From positions 62,001 through 126,000 of the forward strand of contig JBEUKZ010000009.1 of the NCBI GenBank assembly GCA_048128005.1: 64,000 nt of DNA, in the 5' to 3' direction. This DNA is from Veleropilina oligotropha. Lineage: Eukaryota. The position numbers and the translations under genes are program-made. Each line of letters starts with the position of its first letter. Within the stretch, counting starts at the first letter, position 1. The notes beneath the pieces were generated by a model. It saw only the letters and a list, made by a program, of their open reading frames with translations, was not told the origin of the DNA and searched no databases. Below are positions 12,950-25,296 of the stretch, one piece after another.

Positions 12950-14182
12950 ACAGAAGTGATCATATGCCCCCACAAAAGCACTTGACCCAGAAACAGGCTG
13001 TCGCAGTGACCTACTTTTGGTACCCGACACACCTTTGGGATATGAAGTATGCACACATCAAGTTTCGTGTCCCTCGATCAAATAGTATGGGAGATATTGA
13101 GCGGAAGGGAATTTTGGACCGAATGCGGTCAAACGTGGAAAGTGGGTCACAGTGACCTACTTTTGGATTGGGACACACCTTTGGGTTATCACGCATCCAC
13201 ACATCAAGTTTCGTTTCCCTAGGTCAAATAGCATGGGAGATATGGAGTGAAAAGGAATTTTGGACCAAACGCTGGTAAGCATGAAAAGTAGGTCATGGTG
13301 ACCTACTTTTGGTACGCGACACACCTTTGAGTCAAGATGCATGCACACGTCAAGTTTCGTGTCCCTCGGTCAAAAAGTATGGGAGATATGGAGCGGAAGG
13401 GAATTTTGGTCGAAGTGCGAAAAGTAGTGACCTACTTTCGGTACGCGACACACCTTTGGGTTATGACGCATCCACACATAAAGTTTCGTCTTTCGTGTCC
13501 CTCGGTCAAATAGTATTGGAGATATGGAGCTGACAGTCAGGCGTGGAAAGTAGGTCACAGACCTACTTTTGGTACGTGACACACCTTTGGGTTATGACGC
13601 ATCCACACATCAAGTTTCTTGTCCCTAGGTCAAATAGCACGGGAGATATGGAGTGGAAAGGAATTTTGGACCAAACGCAGGCAAGCGTGAAAATTAGGTC
13701 ATGGTGAGGTGACCTACTTTCGGTACGTGACACCTTTGGGTTATGACGCATCCACACATCAATTTTCGTCTTTCGTTTCCCTCGGTCAAATAGTATGGGA
13801 GATATGGAGCTGAAGCGAATTTTGGACTGAATGCAGTCAAGCGTGGAAAGTAGATCGCAGACCTACTTTTGGTACGTGACACACCTTTGAGCTATGACGC
13901 ATCCACGCATCAAGTTTCGTGTTCCTAGGTCAAATAGCATGGGAGATATGTAGTGGAAAGGAATTTTGGACAAGACGCAGGCAAGCGTGAAAAGTAGGTC
14001 GTGGTGACCTACTTTCAGTGCGCGACACATCTTTGGGTTATGACGCATACACACATCAAGTTTCGTGACCCTAGATGAAATATTATTGTAGATATGGAGC
14101 AGAAGTGAATTTGCAACAGACCGACAGACAGATAAGCTGACTCCTATATGCCCCCCCTAAACTTCATTTGTGGGGGCACAAT
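12950..14182 (+). repeat. HINE/pearl-like element carrying a tandem array of ~120-150 bp satellite units
   Basis: About 7-8 repeats of GACCTACTTTTGGTACGTGACACACCTTTGGG...GGAATTTTGGACC. ATATGCCCCC near both ends, (GACA)n and terminal hairpin TGCCCCC..GGGGGCA. Confidence 0.7.
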
Positions 14183-14220
14183 TATCTTCAATATTATTTA
14201 TTTCTGGTCAGATAACAATG

Positions 14221-14457
14221 AGGGAGGGAGGAATGATTCTTAATGTCCTGTATATTTACAACATCGAGGTTCAAGGCAGGAAATGTCCGTGTTATTGCGG
14301 GTAAACCCGCCCTCTTCGGCCAGTCGCGGACAACTGTGATTCATAACTTGAACAAATGTCAATGCCAGGTATTGAACCCACTACTGTTCGCATTAGCGGA
14401 ATCAAGCCAGTGAATTTAGAGTGGTCACTCTTACCCACTGCGCTGCCGAAGCGGCCC
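14221..14457 (-). mobile_element. tRNA-derived SINE, family 1
   Basis: Reverse complement of 59092-59355. A/B-box-like head, (CCTC)n tail, TSD CAGATAACAATGA on both sides. Confidence 0.85.
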
Positions 14458-14878
14458 AGATAACAATGAAATAGAGATATCTATCATATAGAAATGTTAA
14501 AACATGCATATTGTTGCTTATATAGCATGTTTGAGAAACGTTAACCAAAAACTCTAACAGGAGAATCAATTGTTGACGCCGGCCGGATGAACGGTCAGAC
14601 GACATGCTCATTACATAGACTCGCATTTGCGTTGCATGCGAGCCAAAAATCAGTGTACATAACACCATCTACCATATTATGTGCAACACACCTACATCAG
14701 CGAAACGAAATGCCCCTTAAAGCAATGGTTCAAGGAACATTGTAATATCGACTGACCCACGGGTAGGAGATCATTGTCTTGACACTGGACACTGAGTATC
14801 CATAAAAGAACACCAGAATACTCGAACTATGACAAGATCAGCTCAGCCGTAAAGTCAAGCAACAGAAGCCCACCATGA

Positions 14879-15112
14879 TTGGGTGGTTGGCTGGCTACAT
14901 TGTTTTATAACCACTTTTAGCAATTTTCAGCTGTATCATAGTCGGGACACCCGGTTTAAGGTCTCACTCCGATCTGACTGACATATATTAGGGATATATG
15001 CCTTCTATTATTTTAAGCGGGAGGATGGACCTCCGCTGGTCTCGAACCCGGGATCAACTAACAGCTTCGGTTGAGAGTCTGACGCGTTAACCACACACTG
15101 GCAGATGCCGCT
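14879..15112 (-). mobile_element. tRNA-derived SINE, family 2
   Basis: Head with B box GGTTCGAGACC on the minus strand, (CCAA)n-like tail, TSD AA(G/A)CCCACCATGA. Confidence 0.7.
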
Positions 15113-16491
15113 AAAACCCACCATGAGCTGGGACCTGGGCTACCACCTTCCGGCCATCAACACATACATTCTCCACAAGCCGTCACTATGTGACCAAGGT
15201 TCGCAAAGACAGACCGAAACCTCGTAATCAAGTAGCAAAAAGATTTCAAAGTAAGTAAATTTCTATAAATTTACACTTAAAGTTTTCTCACCCATGTGAT
15301 TCTTGTAACCATGAACAATTTATTTCCTTATGTCTTATCACTATAGTATATGTCAACTTGACAAGTGATATAAATATGCTGGGCAGCCAAGTAGACTAAT
15401 AGTACACAGATTCCTCTTTGTTTATCTCTGTCCATCAACTACAAATAACCTGTTTAGTCATGTTACAGTTAATCTACTGCCTCAACAAATGATCCAGAAC
15501 AGTTCCCACCATAGAGGCAGTAGTAACCCATGACAGTGCAGTAACAGAGGCAGTAACCCATGACAGTGCAGTAACAGAGGCAGTAACCCATGACATTGAA
15601 ATTCACACAGCTAAGCTTCAGGCTACATATTATGTACAGTAGTTTTGTGGTGACTAATCAAATCCTGTTATATAAATAATAATGACTATTTAAGTCAGAA
15701 ACACAAAACACAGGAGGTCCGTTCTGTTATATATGTCAATGATGAGTCCTGTGCACATCAAATAACATTGCATCCATGTAAGGTAATCGCCATTACATGT
15801 CGATACCCCATCCAGTGATTGCAGAGGAAGTTGTCAATGTGCAATTTGTATTTATGGCATAATTTGGTAAACTTTCACATTATATGGCCATTTATTCATT
15901 ACATTGACCAAACATCCTCTACATAATGTAATAGTCTAGTATATAATCACGGATGGGTCACTGGCATGTTACAGTAAAGTCGATATTCTTCAGTTTTTTT
16001 AATTGTGTGATCTATCGTTTAGTTGATTGACTGTGACATTTAACAAATGTTCTGTCCTTAAATAATTCAAAACATAGGCTATAGCTAAAAAATTAATTAA
16101 TTTTGTCATACTGTGACCATACATGGCATGCATTCTGAGTTAATGTTGACCAATGTTATATGGTAAACAAGAGGCCTATCTACCTATCTAGCTCCACACA
16201 TCTCAATCACTCTGCGACTGCAAATAACCTTTGACACCTTGTCAACAGAGTTGACTCACAGACAATGCAACATGCAGTAGTATACATTACATTACACACA
16301 AGCCTTGGAATTGCTACTATGAACATTATACAATAAAGAACTGCTACAATACAGATCTATTGTATATGCATACTTATAATGTTATATATGCATACTCAAA
16401 CTGATACAAAAACATTTTACACAGTGATAGAACTGACTGTTGACATGCTTCTAAATATAGAATATGGTTTCAGAGGAATGGTCTAATCAAC

Positions 16492-16907
16492 AACTAGAAA
16501 TTTGAGCAGCACTTCCCTATGTAATAGTATACCGATATGCAAGCTAAAGTCTTGACAAAGTCCAAATTCCGAATTTCAGCGAAAATCGGATATACATTTT
16601 TTTATATTCACAGGATAAGTTAAACACATCATAAGGAAGGCTCATGCCAATTAACAAAAAAAATTATCAGACAGTTCCGCAGTCATTCACATTTGAAGTC
16701 AAAACTTGATGCAGAAGTGGATGTAGAATTTTCTAATACTTTCAGGATATATTAAGAACATCATAAGGAAGGCTCACGCCAAAGAAGAAAAAAAGTTATC
16801 ACAGTTTTGAAGATATTCACATTTCAAGTCAAAAGTTGACGACGGCCGGAAGCCGGAAAAAGTGGTATCAGTAAAGTTCCGCTGACTAGTCATAGCGGAG
16901 CTAAAAA
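16492..16907 (+). mobile_element. HINE-like element with two internal ~130-bp repeats
   Basis: AACTAG start, duplicated CATCATAAGGAAGGCTCA block, terminal hairpin GTTCCGCT..AGCGGAGC followed by an A-run. Confidence 0.5.
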
Positions 16908-17482
16908 GGTATAAATGACTTGTTGGCTATAATTATTGTAACCAGCGGGTGCATAAACTTCCAATTCAATATTTATTTTAATCTTAGTCCTAGTTAATCA
17001 TGATAAATAGAAAAGCAAAATATTTCTCCACATAAATAAATAACAAAACAAAGATACATAAAAGTTAATTAATTGATAACCTGACTAATCTAATCAATTA
17101 AACGTTTGTGTTCCTAGGCCGTCGCTAACGGTACATGTGTAGTGACGGCCTTCGATTAATTAGCTCACGGGGTGGTTGCCTAGTGAGTTGACACGGGCAC
17201 TCGCTTCTAACGGTCACGGGTGCCGTTACGACGTGTAAGCTACCGGTAGTTCAGAGGGGGCGAATAATATATGTTTGTCTGACAATAATGTAGGCCGTAT
17301 CCCGCATCAGGTCACGAACGAAATCACAAAAGACAACATGCTGACTAATCCAATATTGTTTTTGAATAATTTAAACAACTTTTGATTACATTTTATAAAT
17401 CCAGAATAAACACGCATTTTGTGCCTAAGGGCACATCAAACATACAATAAAGTACATACTGCACATGTTGTTGCGATCTTAC

Positions 17483-17731
17483 CTCACAGTTATAAAGTTC
17501 CCGTAATTCGTCGTACAGCCAGTCTTCGACTGCCAGTCGCTTTCGTATCAACATCATTTGGTGCTGGCCGTAGCGAGCCGTCAGATATTTTGTTTTCTCT
17601 TCTTTTTTTGCTTCTTTGTTTGAAATTGAAAATCCAACATGACCTCTCGGAGGGGAAGACGGAGCTTGCGTTTTCGTGGTGGATCTATAACCCTCCATCG
17701 AATAAGTGTTCGAGGAACTATACGTCGCCAT
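17483..17731 (-). CDS. PPP1R14: Exon 1 of a protein phosphatase 1 regulatory inhibitor subunit 14 (CPI-17/PHI-1 family) gene
   Basis: KYLTARYGQHQMMLIRKRLAVEDWLYDELRELYNCE matches the family core. Ends at donor GAG|GTAAGA (phase 0). ATG at 17731. Later exons not found in the window. Confidence 0.85.
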
Positions 17732-18288
17732 TACTTGCCATGGACAGACGCTGTCAGGACTTTTCCTCGGCGAGTTCCCACTTTGAGTTTGACCCGATTC
17801 TTCTTGTGGGACACCCTGGCAACATATCAATACGCATTAGAAAAAGATTGACAGTCTGAAATTTAAGGCAATGTTAAATGCACTTTGGAAATGAAAAATT
17901 AGTTAAAATGAAATATATAGAATGATATTTATTTGAATGTGTCTGCGATTAATTTAGTGGACTATATTCTTTAGGAAAACAATGATTTTATTGACGATTT
18001 ACTGATTCGGCATGTCTCGACAGTTTCCGTCAATTTGAGTTAGTTTACTAAAAGTAGAACCGAGTTATATGGTTTATATTTTTAACAGTTCATTGCTCCC
18101 ACAACGAGACTAGTAAAGCAAGTGCGATTTTTCGATGACATGGTCAATTTCCGTTTTTGCACGCGTGCGCAATTCGTTGTCAGCGGCCATATTGATAAAC
18201 ATTTCGAAACAAGTGTGTTGAAAAAGCGAAGTAAGGGGTGTTTGGTGCTCGGGTTTCAATTTATTTTAGCCAGACGTAAGCGTACATA
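17732..18288. promoter_or_regulatory. Putative bidirectional promoter and 5' UTRs
   Basis: 557 bp between divergent ATGs. YY1-like GCGGCCATATTG (~18183) and NRF1-like GCACGCGTGCGC (~18159). Confidence 0.5.
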
Positions 18289-18699
18289 ATGAATCGGTTA
18301 GGTTTATTGGTGTTGCTTGCGTCCCATGTAAGTCCCAGTGAAATATTCGGAGCAACAGGCCTCGAATCCGAATCCGCATCATTTTGGAACCGACTTGGAC
18401 AAGTCCAGAAAAGACTTGGGCCCGACACGGATCATCCAAATGTGCCGAATCATCTAGATGTTTCGGATAAACTGAAACCGGTGACTTGTAAACGAAATGG
18501 CGTTTTATATTCACCAAGCGATGAAGGTTTTGCAAAGAATTGTGGTTATGAGACGAAGGCCAGTACAATCATTAAAACGAGAGATTCCATGAGGAATGGG
18601 GCGATCTTTCTTAAGCACATTGAAGCTCAGAATACGTCATCGTGCATCATCACTTGTTGCTGCACAGAGAGCTGCGATTTAGCTGTATTTAAAAACAAG
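18289..18699 (+). CDS. LRP11: LRP11-like exon 1: signal peptide and N-terminal part of MANEC domain
   Basis: MNRLGLLVLLA signal-like start. TIIKTRDSMRNGAIFL..CIITCC.TESCDLAVF MANEC pattern. Donor AAG|GTTAGC, phase 0. Confidence 0.85.
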
Positions 18700-18750
18700 G
18701 TTAGCAAAACAATATGATTAATAGTACTCTCTATAACAGCCCAATCACCC

Positions 18751-19266
18751 TAGCCCGATAAATCTGCCCGTAATTACAAGCTCGAAGTCCTGACGGTCGC
18801 GTGTATAGGGTCAGATGTCGCCGCTATTAAAAAACGTGGGTCTGTGACCCAAATCTAGCGACACTGTCACAGCGATATCGACACCTTTACGTACCATATG
18901 ATATGGCAAAACATTTGCATCAACCAATCAAAGCGGGTTTCCGGTTGGTTAACCCGCTTTGATGGGTTGATGCGAATGTTTTCGTTTTGTGAATGGATTT
19001 GAATTAACACGCTTCGAGTAACAATATAAGCTTATAATGTGACTTATATCACTAGGATTGATCAACAATAAAGTCAGGTGAGTATGAAATGGTTTATTGA
19101 TATGTGGGTATCGAATGATTCGCCGTATTGCACGTAAAGGTGTCGATATCGCTGTCGCTAGATTTGGGTTACAGACCCACGCTTTTTTAATAGCGGCGAC
19201 ATCTGACCCTATACACGCGACCGTCAGGATTTCCAACTTGTAATTAGGGGCAGATTTATCCGGCTA
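18751..19266. mobile_element. MITE with ~140-bp terminal inverted repeats
   Basis: TAGCCCGATAAATCTGCCC... / ...GGGCAGATTTATCCGGCTA. Imperfect 9-bp flanking repeat CAATCACCC/CCATCACCT. Confidence 0.8.
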
Positions 19267-19786
19267 CCATCACCTGACAGTAGCCTATAGCGATATTTCC
19301 TATTTTATGCTTTCGGATATTTTATGCTTTTCACTTGCTTGCATCAATCATATGATTATCACATGTTGAATATTCCAGTAATGATTATATTCGATAAATA
19401 ATATTTGCTTGTAAATGACCCTTTTTCGTGCATTATACATCATGAATTGATGTTGAACGACCACGCCAACAGTATATCAGTTATAAATCGGGTCAATCAA
19501 CTTTGAATAATGAAATGAATTGGTGCTGTGTGCAATGGAGGCAGCGATCATGAGAAAAATCCCTGGCTCTCCCGGGGCTTTAACTTGTGACCTCCCATTA
19601 GTAGACCAGCACCGTATCCACTCGACCCCCCCCCCCTCGTGAGCAGGTCACATGATTCACACATGATGCTGCGACCAACATGAACTTAGAACCATTCAGA
19701 TTACAAAATGAATTGCCTCACTTTTATATGTCTAATGACCAATTTTAAGTTATATACCTGTAAGCGTTGGATTGAATGATTTTCAG

Positions 19787-20060
19787 GACGAACACAGCTG
19801 CTACTTGTTTCATTGTGGTCAGCCAAGCAAGTGTCAATTTGGGCACCAGGAAAAATATGCCAGTCTGACTTTTCCCACAATGCAGCATTCTGAGAAGACG
19901 TTTGGAACAGAAGAAGAACAGAAACTGCATGAAGATGAGTTAGAAGGACTACATGAGGAGGATACCAGCGACGTGAAACCTGTCGAGACGGCAGTGATCC
20001 AAACAACTCGAGCAAGCACCCCCCCTCCAACGACAACAACAACAGCAGAGAGGCCTGCGG
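19787..20060 (+). CDS. LRP11: LRP11-like exon 2: end of MANEC domain and Thr-rich linker
   Basis: TTTTCAG acceptor, CYLFHC...CQF motif, donor G|GTAAGA; phase 0-1. Confidence 0.88.
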
Positions 20061-20169
20061 GTAAGACACTAAACTAAACCTGCATGCCAACATTACCAAG
20101 GTAACCATATATAGATGTAATATGTCCTTGGATGATACACAGTAACAACGTTTACAAATAAGACAATAA

Positions 20170-21166
20170 TTGTATCTCCTGGGATATTATGGTTTAGTCA
20201 TCATTCAGCCTCTGCTTTTGTCGCCGCCATCAAGATTTCTTGTGTGCGCTCTACCGTGAAAAGTTCTAATCCAGTTTGATTAAAATTTGGTATGCATGTT
20301 TAATTGTTAGTTCTGATGATGACATGCCGCGTAACGAGTTTGTTTAGTGAGATTTAATGTGCGCGCTCGACAGTGAAAATTTTAAATCTGATTTGATTCA
20401 AATTTGGTGTGCGCGTTATGATGAGAACACGCCGCCTAATGATTTTCGTCGTTTTCAGATTCAACATGGCCGCCATGATGGCCATTTTGTTTGGAGAGAT
20501 TTCATGTGTGCGCTGTACAGTGAAAAGTTTTATCCGATTTGATTCAAATTCAGTATGCACATTAGTTATGATAAGGACACGCCGCCTACCAATTTTCGTC
20601 AATTTATGATTCAAGATTGCTGCCGTGGCAGCCATTTTGTATGAAGAGATTTCTTGTGAGCGCTTTACAGCGAAAAGTTCTATTCCGATTTGATTAAAAT
20701 TTGATATGCACTTTAATCATGATGAGGACACGCCGCATAATGATTTCGTTGTTTTTGGATTCAAGATGGCCGCCGTGGCTGCCATTTTGTGTGAAGAGAT
20801 TTCCAGTATGCACTCTACAGTGGAAAGTTCTATTAATCCGATTTGATTCAAATTCGGTAAGCACTGAGATATAATAAGGATTTTCGTTGTTTTCGGATTC
20901 AAGATGGCCGTCATGGCAGCTATTTTGTTTGAACAGAGTTTGGTATGTGAGGAAACAACGCATATCGATTAAAATGTGATAAGGGGGATGACATTGGAGC
21001 CAATAAAGGCTGTTCCCGAAGGGTAATGTCATCCAGAGTAAGGACACCAGACACAATGCAGGTTCCAGTCGCACCATTTTTGTAGTTCGTCTCATTTATA
21101 ACCATGTATCCCATCAATTCCTTTCTCAGTCTACTCCCATGCTCTAGTAATGGCGACATTTTGTTA
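20170..21166 (-). repeat. HINE-like element with ~140-bp tandem satellite units
   Basis: About 5 repeats of AGATTTC..GCGCTCTACAGTGAAAAGTT..GATTCAAGATGGCCGCC..GCCATTTTG. Confidence 0.6.
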
Positions 21167-23076
21167 TATATATATATTTATACTTCTAAAAAATGTTCAA
21201 ACATTTCAGATTAATACTAAAATTGCAGTAATGTGTTATATCAAAAGAATCAGTAATCATACTAATGAATTCTAAACAAGTCTGGTGCATTTGATGTGCG
21301 ATCATAATGAAGAGCGCGACACCAGAAATGATCAAATGCGTCGAGGGTCACACACCAAAATTCATTCATGTCTGCATAACACTTTTTCGTTCCTGAGTTA
21401 TGCATAAAAATGTATCATGAATGCTTTAGCAGTGAATACTCATTATTTTCTCGTGACCACAGATACTGGGGTCACTACATAGCACTGTTGCCAACTCGTC
21501 CCCCCCCGAGCTGCAACACACCCTCGTTTACATTTGCCCATACACATTCACCTGGTGTCGATTCATAAATGCCAGAGAAATTCAGAGGGAGATTCAGTCT
21601 CAAGATCAGTTTTGACTTTATTTGAATCAGTTTAGTTTTATGACCGTATTTTAACATGAATAATAATAGTAAATATTGGTGGTGTGACGATTCATCGAAG
21701 TATCGCGATAATTTATTTGGCGATACAAGTATCGATACGATCGGAAAATTACGATATACGAATCGATATCTTACAATGAAAACATATACCTTACATTTGT
21801 CTCCTAGCTTCCGAAGTCAAAGAGGCACACATTAACACATAAATACTGATGTCACATGCTACTTTATTAATAGTATTACGATCCTGTATTCATTCTGAAT
21901 TTGTGCGTTTCTCGTGCTTTAAATTTTGGAAAAGGGTTGGTTCGAAGAAACTGCACAGTGCGACAGCGTAACCTACCGGACACCATTCGGCAGAGTCGAA
22001 ATTGTTTGTCTGTATTGTCGGAAAAGCCCGAGTGATTTCCGATAGTACTCTGGTAGTTTGCATATCTATATCAAATATACTTACGTCCTTACTAATGCCA
22101 TAATAAGCCTATTATCGCTAAATCCGGACAAGGTGGAAATGGTAATTTTTGCACTTTTTAGTAAATTTAACCCAGTTGACCCACTGACCCGCTCGACCTC
22201 CCTCAAGTTCATGCCTATAAAGAGCTCGCCAACTCCCGCGAGATCCTCGTGACCAAAAGGTCATGACCTCATCCGAAGTTTTCCGCCATGTTGAACAAGT
22301 CGCGTTTTACTTTGCTCCACATCTGATGTGAAATTTCGATATTTTTAGAGCCAGATTTAACAATCAAATAAGCTCATAAGATCGATTGTAGTGTGTAAAC
22401 ACGTTTAGTGGAAAAATTGAGAGTTTTCCTCCTGAGTAAGCCCTTCTTAGAGGTTTTTCCTGTCGACTACAGACAAAAAACGAAATCAACACCCTCCACT
22501 GACGACGCCATCTTGGAATTCTGAAACAGAAAGAAAAGAGGACGCTCAGAGGGATATTTAAAGAAGGAAGCTCCTTAGCAATTACTAAGGAGTCAGGAGA
22601 GAGTTGATTATTGATATTGCTTGATTTGCATTGAAAACAATTCATTTATATATACGATAATTTCCTCAACGACGTGTTTCTTGCTATAAATTTATGTAAT
22701 CAAATTTATCGTCGTTGAAAAGCAGATTGTTTAGAATTTAACTAGCGTTATTTTGGTAAATCTGCTAAGTCGGGGATAACACGCCGAATTCTAACAAATT
22801 GATATATATATATCCAAGAGGTTTTTAGGTGTGAAGGGCGGTTTCTTGTAAAAGAAAGACCTCCCGTTTCTCAATTCGTTGGCCGACTTTTGTTTAAAAA
22901 GTTTATCAAAGTCGGTGTTTTGGGGCGTATAATCCGCCGGAAGCTTTAAGCGTATTTCAGCCTTTTCCAACTCTCGGATCAGGTACAATCGAGGTTGTAG
23001 TAGTAATTTGGTAAACTACCCGGGAAATACCCTTATCACTTCATACCCTATCTCCTACCTACCCGTGTACGTAGCT

Positions 23077-25296
23077 ATGATGCATTGCAGTGTTTCCGGG
23101 TGCAGACAGAAAATCCGTGGGTTTGACAGGCACTCCGAATGCACTCTTCACCGTGTTTGTTCTAGCGATAAGAACCATCCATGTGAGCATTGTTCTGTAC
23201 TAACGAATCGGCAGTGGGAGACTCTTTTCCCAACGGAGAAGACGACCAGGGCATCTTCTCCCGATGGGACATCCACCGAGAAGCTCCAGAGATTAGAGAC
23301 AGGCTTTAATCCTTTGATTTCTCTTTCAGATCCTCTCGGGGATACCCGTGTTGGGGCCGACGGAACCTCTGAGACTTTGGGGAAAGTCCCAGAATCTTCG
23401 TCGGGATCCCAGATTCAGGTAAGAGCCCGAGTGCCGACCGACTCCTCTCCTTTGGGCCTAGTAACCGCTGCTCATAGTATCTTGCCGGCCAGTAAGATAC
23501 GTCGAGCGCTGCGGCGAAAAGCTGAGCAGGGCAGACAAAACCTTTCCTCTCCTCCGGCCTCGGAGGAGCAAGGCAGCGTTAGTCCTTCTGCTGGTCTAGT
23601 AGCTTCTGAACAAGAAGCGAAACGACTGGCAGAGAAAGTCGATATAGTTGCTGGGCACCACGAAAGTGGTCGAAGTTCCAGACGCTCGACGACACCCGTC
23701 CTCTCGTCCGACAACGGCGCTAGTTTAAACACTAATCCCGCCACCGTCGGAGCCCACGAGAATGACGGAAGGCCCATTACCTCCGACGGTTCTTTTAAAG
23801 ACGTCCTAGGTGGTGTGGTAGGATCGGCTGCGCTCGGGGCTGAGTTTTACGGCGGGTATTCCCACGTAGCTCACTCGAGCAGGGTTACAGACCCGTATGG
23901 ACTGTGGTCGCAGTCCTACGGGCCGTTCGCACCAGGTATCGCGCCTTCGGGCCGGTTCCCTGGCAGCGGTTTCCCGACAGGTAACCCGAGTCCCTGGTAC
24001 TCGGCTCCACCTGTCCGTGCAGCCCGTCCACCAAGCGCTACGGTATCCTCGAGCGGACCAATGGCTGTTGGTCCGACGTCCGTCATGCCTCCAGGTTTCT
24101 CTTTTGAGAACGTCCAGGCTATGATTGCGGCGGAAGTCGAGTCTCGTTGTAGGTCCTGGCAACCGGCTACCCAGCCGCCCCAGGTCCCAACGTCTCTGAC
24201 CGTAACGCCGGGCTCGGCTCATGCTTCGGTGATGGAAGTAGATTCTCGTTCCGACGAGGATAGCACTTCTCACTCTGACCTCCCTGAATCGGTCGGACCA
24301 GACGACTCTTGTAGTCGGTCTGGCACGCATGAAGCCGTCTCCGCCACCCGCCGAAGATACGACGCTGTCGCGTCGCTTTGCGGGGTGCTAGACTTGCTAG
24401 ACCCGGCTCTGCCGGTAAGCGTAGTCAGGCACAGGACAGCGGCACGTCGGTTTGATGGGACGGAAGCCCCCCTGCTTCCTACCCTACCCCAGTCTGGGTT
24501 GGTCTCGCTCGTCCTCGACTCGACGACCAAATCCATTCAGGGGACCAAATCGGTGGAGACTTCCTCGTTAACGGAGTACCCTAGTGGTCTGCGTAAGGGA
24601 AAGTACCTCCGACCCAGTAGGCGTTCGATTCCGATCGGATGCTCTGGGACGTGTCTGGAGACTGAGCCGGTTCAGATCGATGCAGCGATGCGTCGACTGT
24701 CGGCCAGCACAGCTCCCTCAGTGGTCAAAGTTCCATGGGCCGCCATGGAGTGCTTTGAGCGCTCCGCCCGTCGAGCTCTACGGCATGCCTCTATCCATGA
24801 TTTGTTCCTAGACGGAGCCATCACCGTACTACAAGAGGACGGACCCCGCGCTCGAGAGATCGCACTGTCCTTCCTCGAAGAGGTTGCCGCCTCCACGGAG
24901 AACTCCGCGTCGGAGTCAGCCCGATCGTTAGGCAACGCTGTCCTACTTCGTAGAGACGCGTGCCTAGACGGCACCACGTTAGACGACGCCACCCGGCAGT
25001 CTCTGCGTTGTGTACCGTTGTCAGCCTCTACTCTCTTCGGGGACAAATTCGCCGAATTTGTCGAGAAGAGAGCGGCTGACATAAAGGATCGCGCGATAGA
25101 GAAAGCAGTCTTGGCTACTCCTCTGAGTACGCCGGCTGCTGCCTCAAGGAAGCGCTCGGGACCGTCCCGGTCTCATAAGCCTTCCAAGCGTGATAAACCT
25201 TCGCATAGCGGGCCTTCTCAGGCCAAGAAAGCTATCACGAAAACGGCACCTCCGACGAAATCCCGTCAGAGCGGGAGAGGGAAGCCGCGGCCCTAG
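23077..25296 (+). CDS. DIRS family B gag-like ORF1 (intact, 739 aa from ATG)
   Basis: Cys/His finger at N-terminus. Homologous to family A gag (LLRRDACL, TLFGD). Ends GRGKPRP-TAG. Confidence 0.9.
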   Translation: MMHCSVSGCRQKIRGFDRHSECTLHRVCSSDKNHPCEHCSVLTNRQWETLFPTEKTTRASSPDGTSTEKLQRLETGFNPLISLSDPLGDTRVGADGTSETLGKVPESSSGSQIQVRARVPTDSSPLGLVTAAHSILPASKIRRALRRKAEQGRQNLSSPPASEEQGSVSPSAGLVASEQEAKRLAEKVDIVAGHHESGRSSRRSTTPVLSSDNGASLNTNPATVGAHENDGRPITSDGSFKDVLGGVVGSAALGAEFYGGYSHVAHSSRVTDPYGLWSQSYGPFAPGIAPSGRFPGSGFPTGNPSPWYSAPPVRAARPPSATVSSSGPMAVGPTSVMPPGFSFENVQAMIAAEVESRCRSWQPATQPPQVPTSLTVTPGSAHASVMEVDSRSDEDSTSHSDLPESVGPDDSCSRSGTHEAVSATRRRYDAVASLCGVLDLLDPALPVSVVRHRTAARRFDGTEAPLLPTLPQSGLVSLVLDSTTKSIQGTKSVETSSLTEYPSGLRKGKYLRPSRRSIPIGCSGTCLETEPVQIDAAMRRLSASTAPSVVKVPWAAMECFERSARRALRHASIHDLFLDGAITVLQEDGPRAREIALSFLEEVAASTENSASESARSLGNAVLLRRDACLDGTTLDDATRQSLRCVPLSASTLFGDKFAEFVEKRAADIKDRAIEKAVLATPLSTPAAASRKRSGPSRSHKPSKRDKPSHSGPSQAKKAITKTAPPTKSRQSGRGKPRP

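Larger units (their letters stand above)
12667..14650 (+). mobile_element. Helentron/HINE-like non-autonomous element containing further nested inserts
   Basis: Starts ACAAGAGCTAAAGCTCG and ends with a GGCC/GGAC-type microrepeat, the hairpin CTCGCAT..ATGCGAG and an A-run. Homologous copy at ~9498-9970. Confidence 0.6.
12370..15328 (+). mobile_element. Degenerate Penelope-like element (inverted pLTR + GIY-YIG remnant + pLTR), split by nested inserts
   Basis: 12370-12510 is an inverted copy of ~15115-15230. 12640-12670 and 14650-14878 match the GIY-YIG-coding DNA at 30070-30350. Confidence 0.75.
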
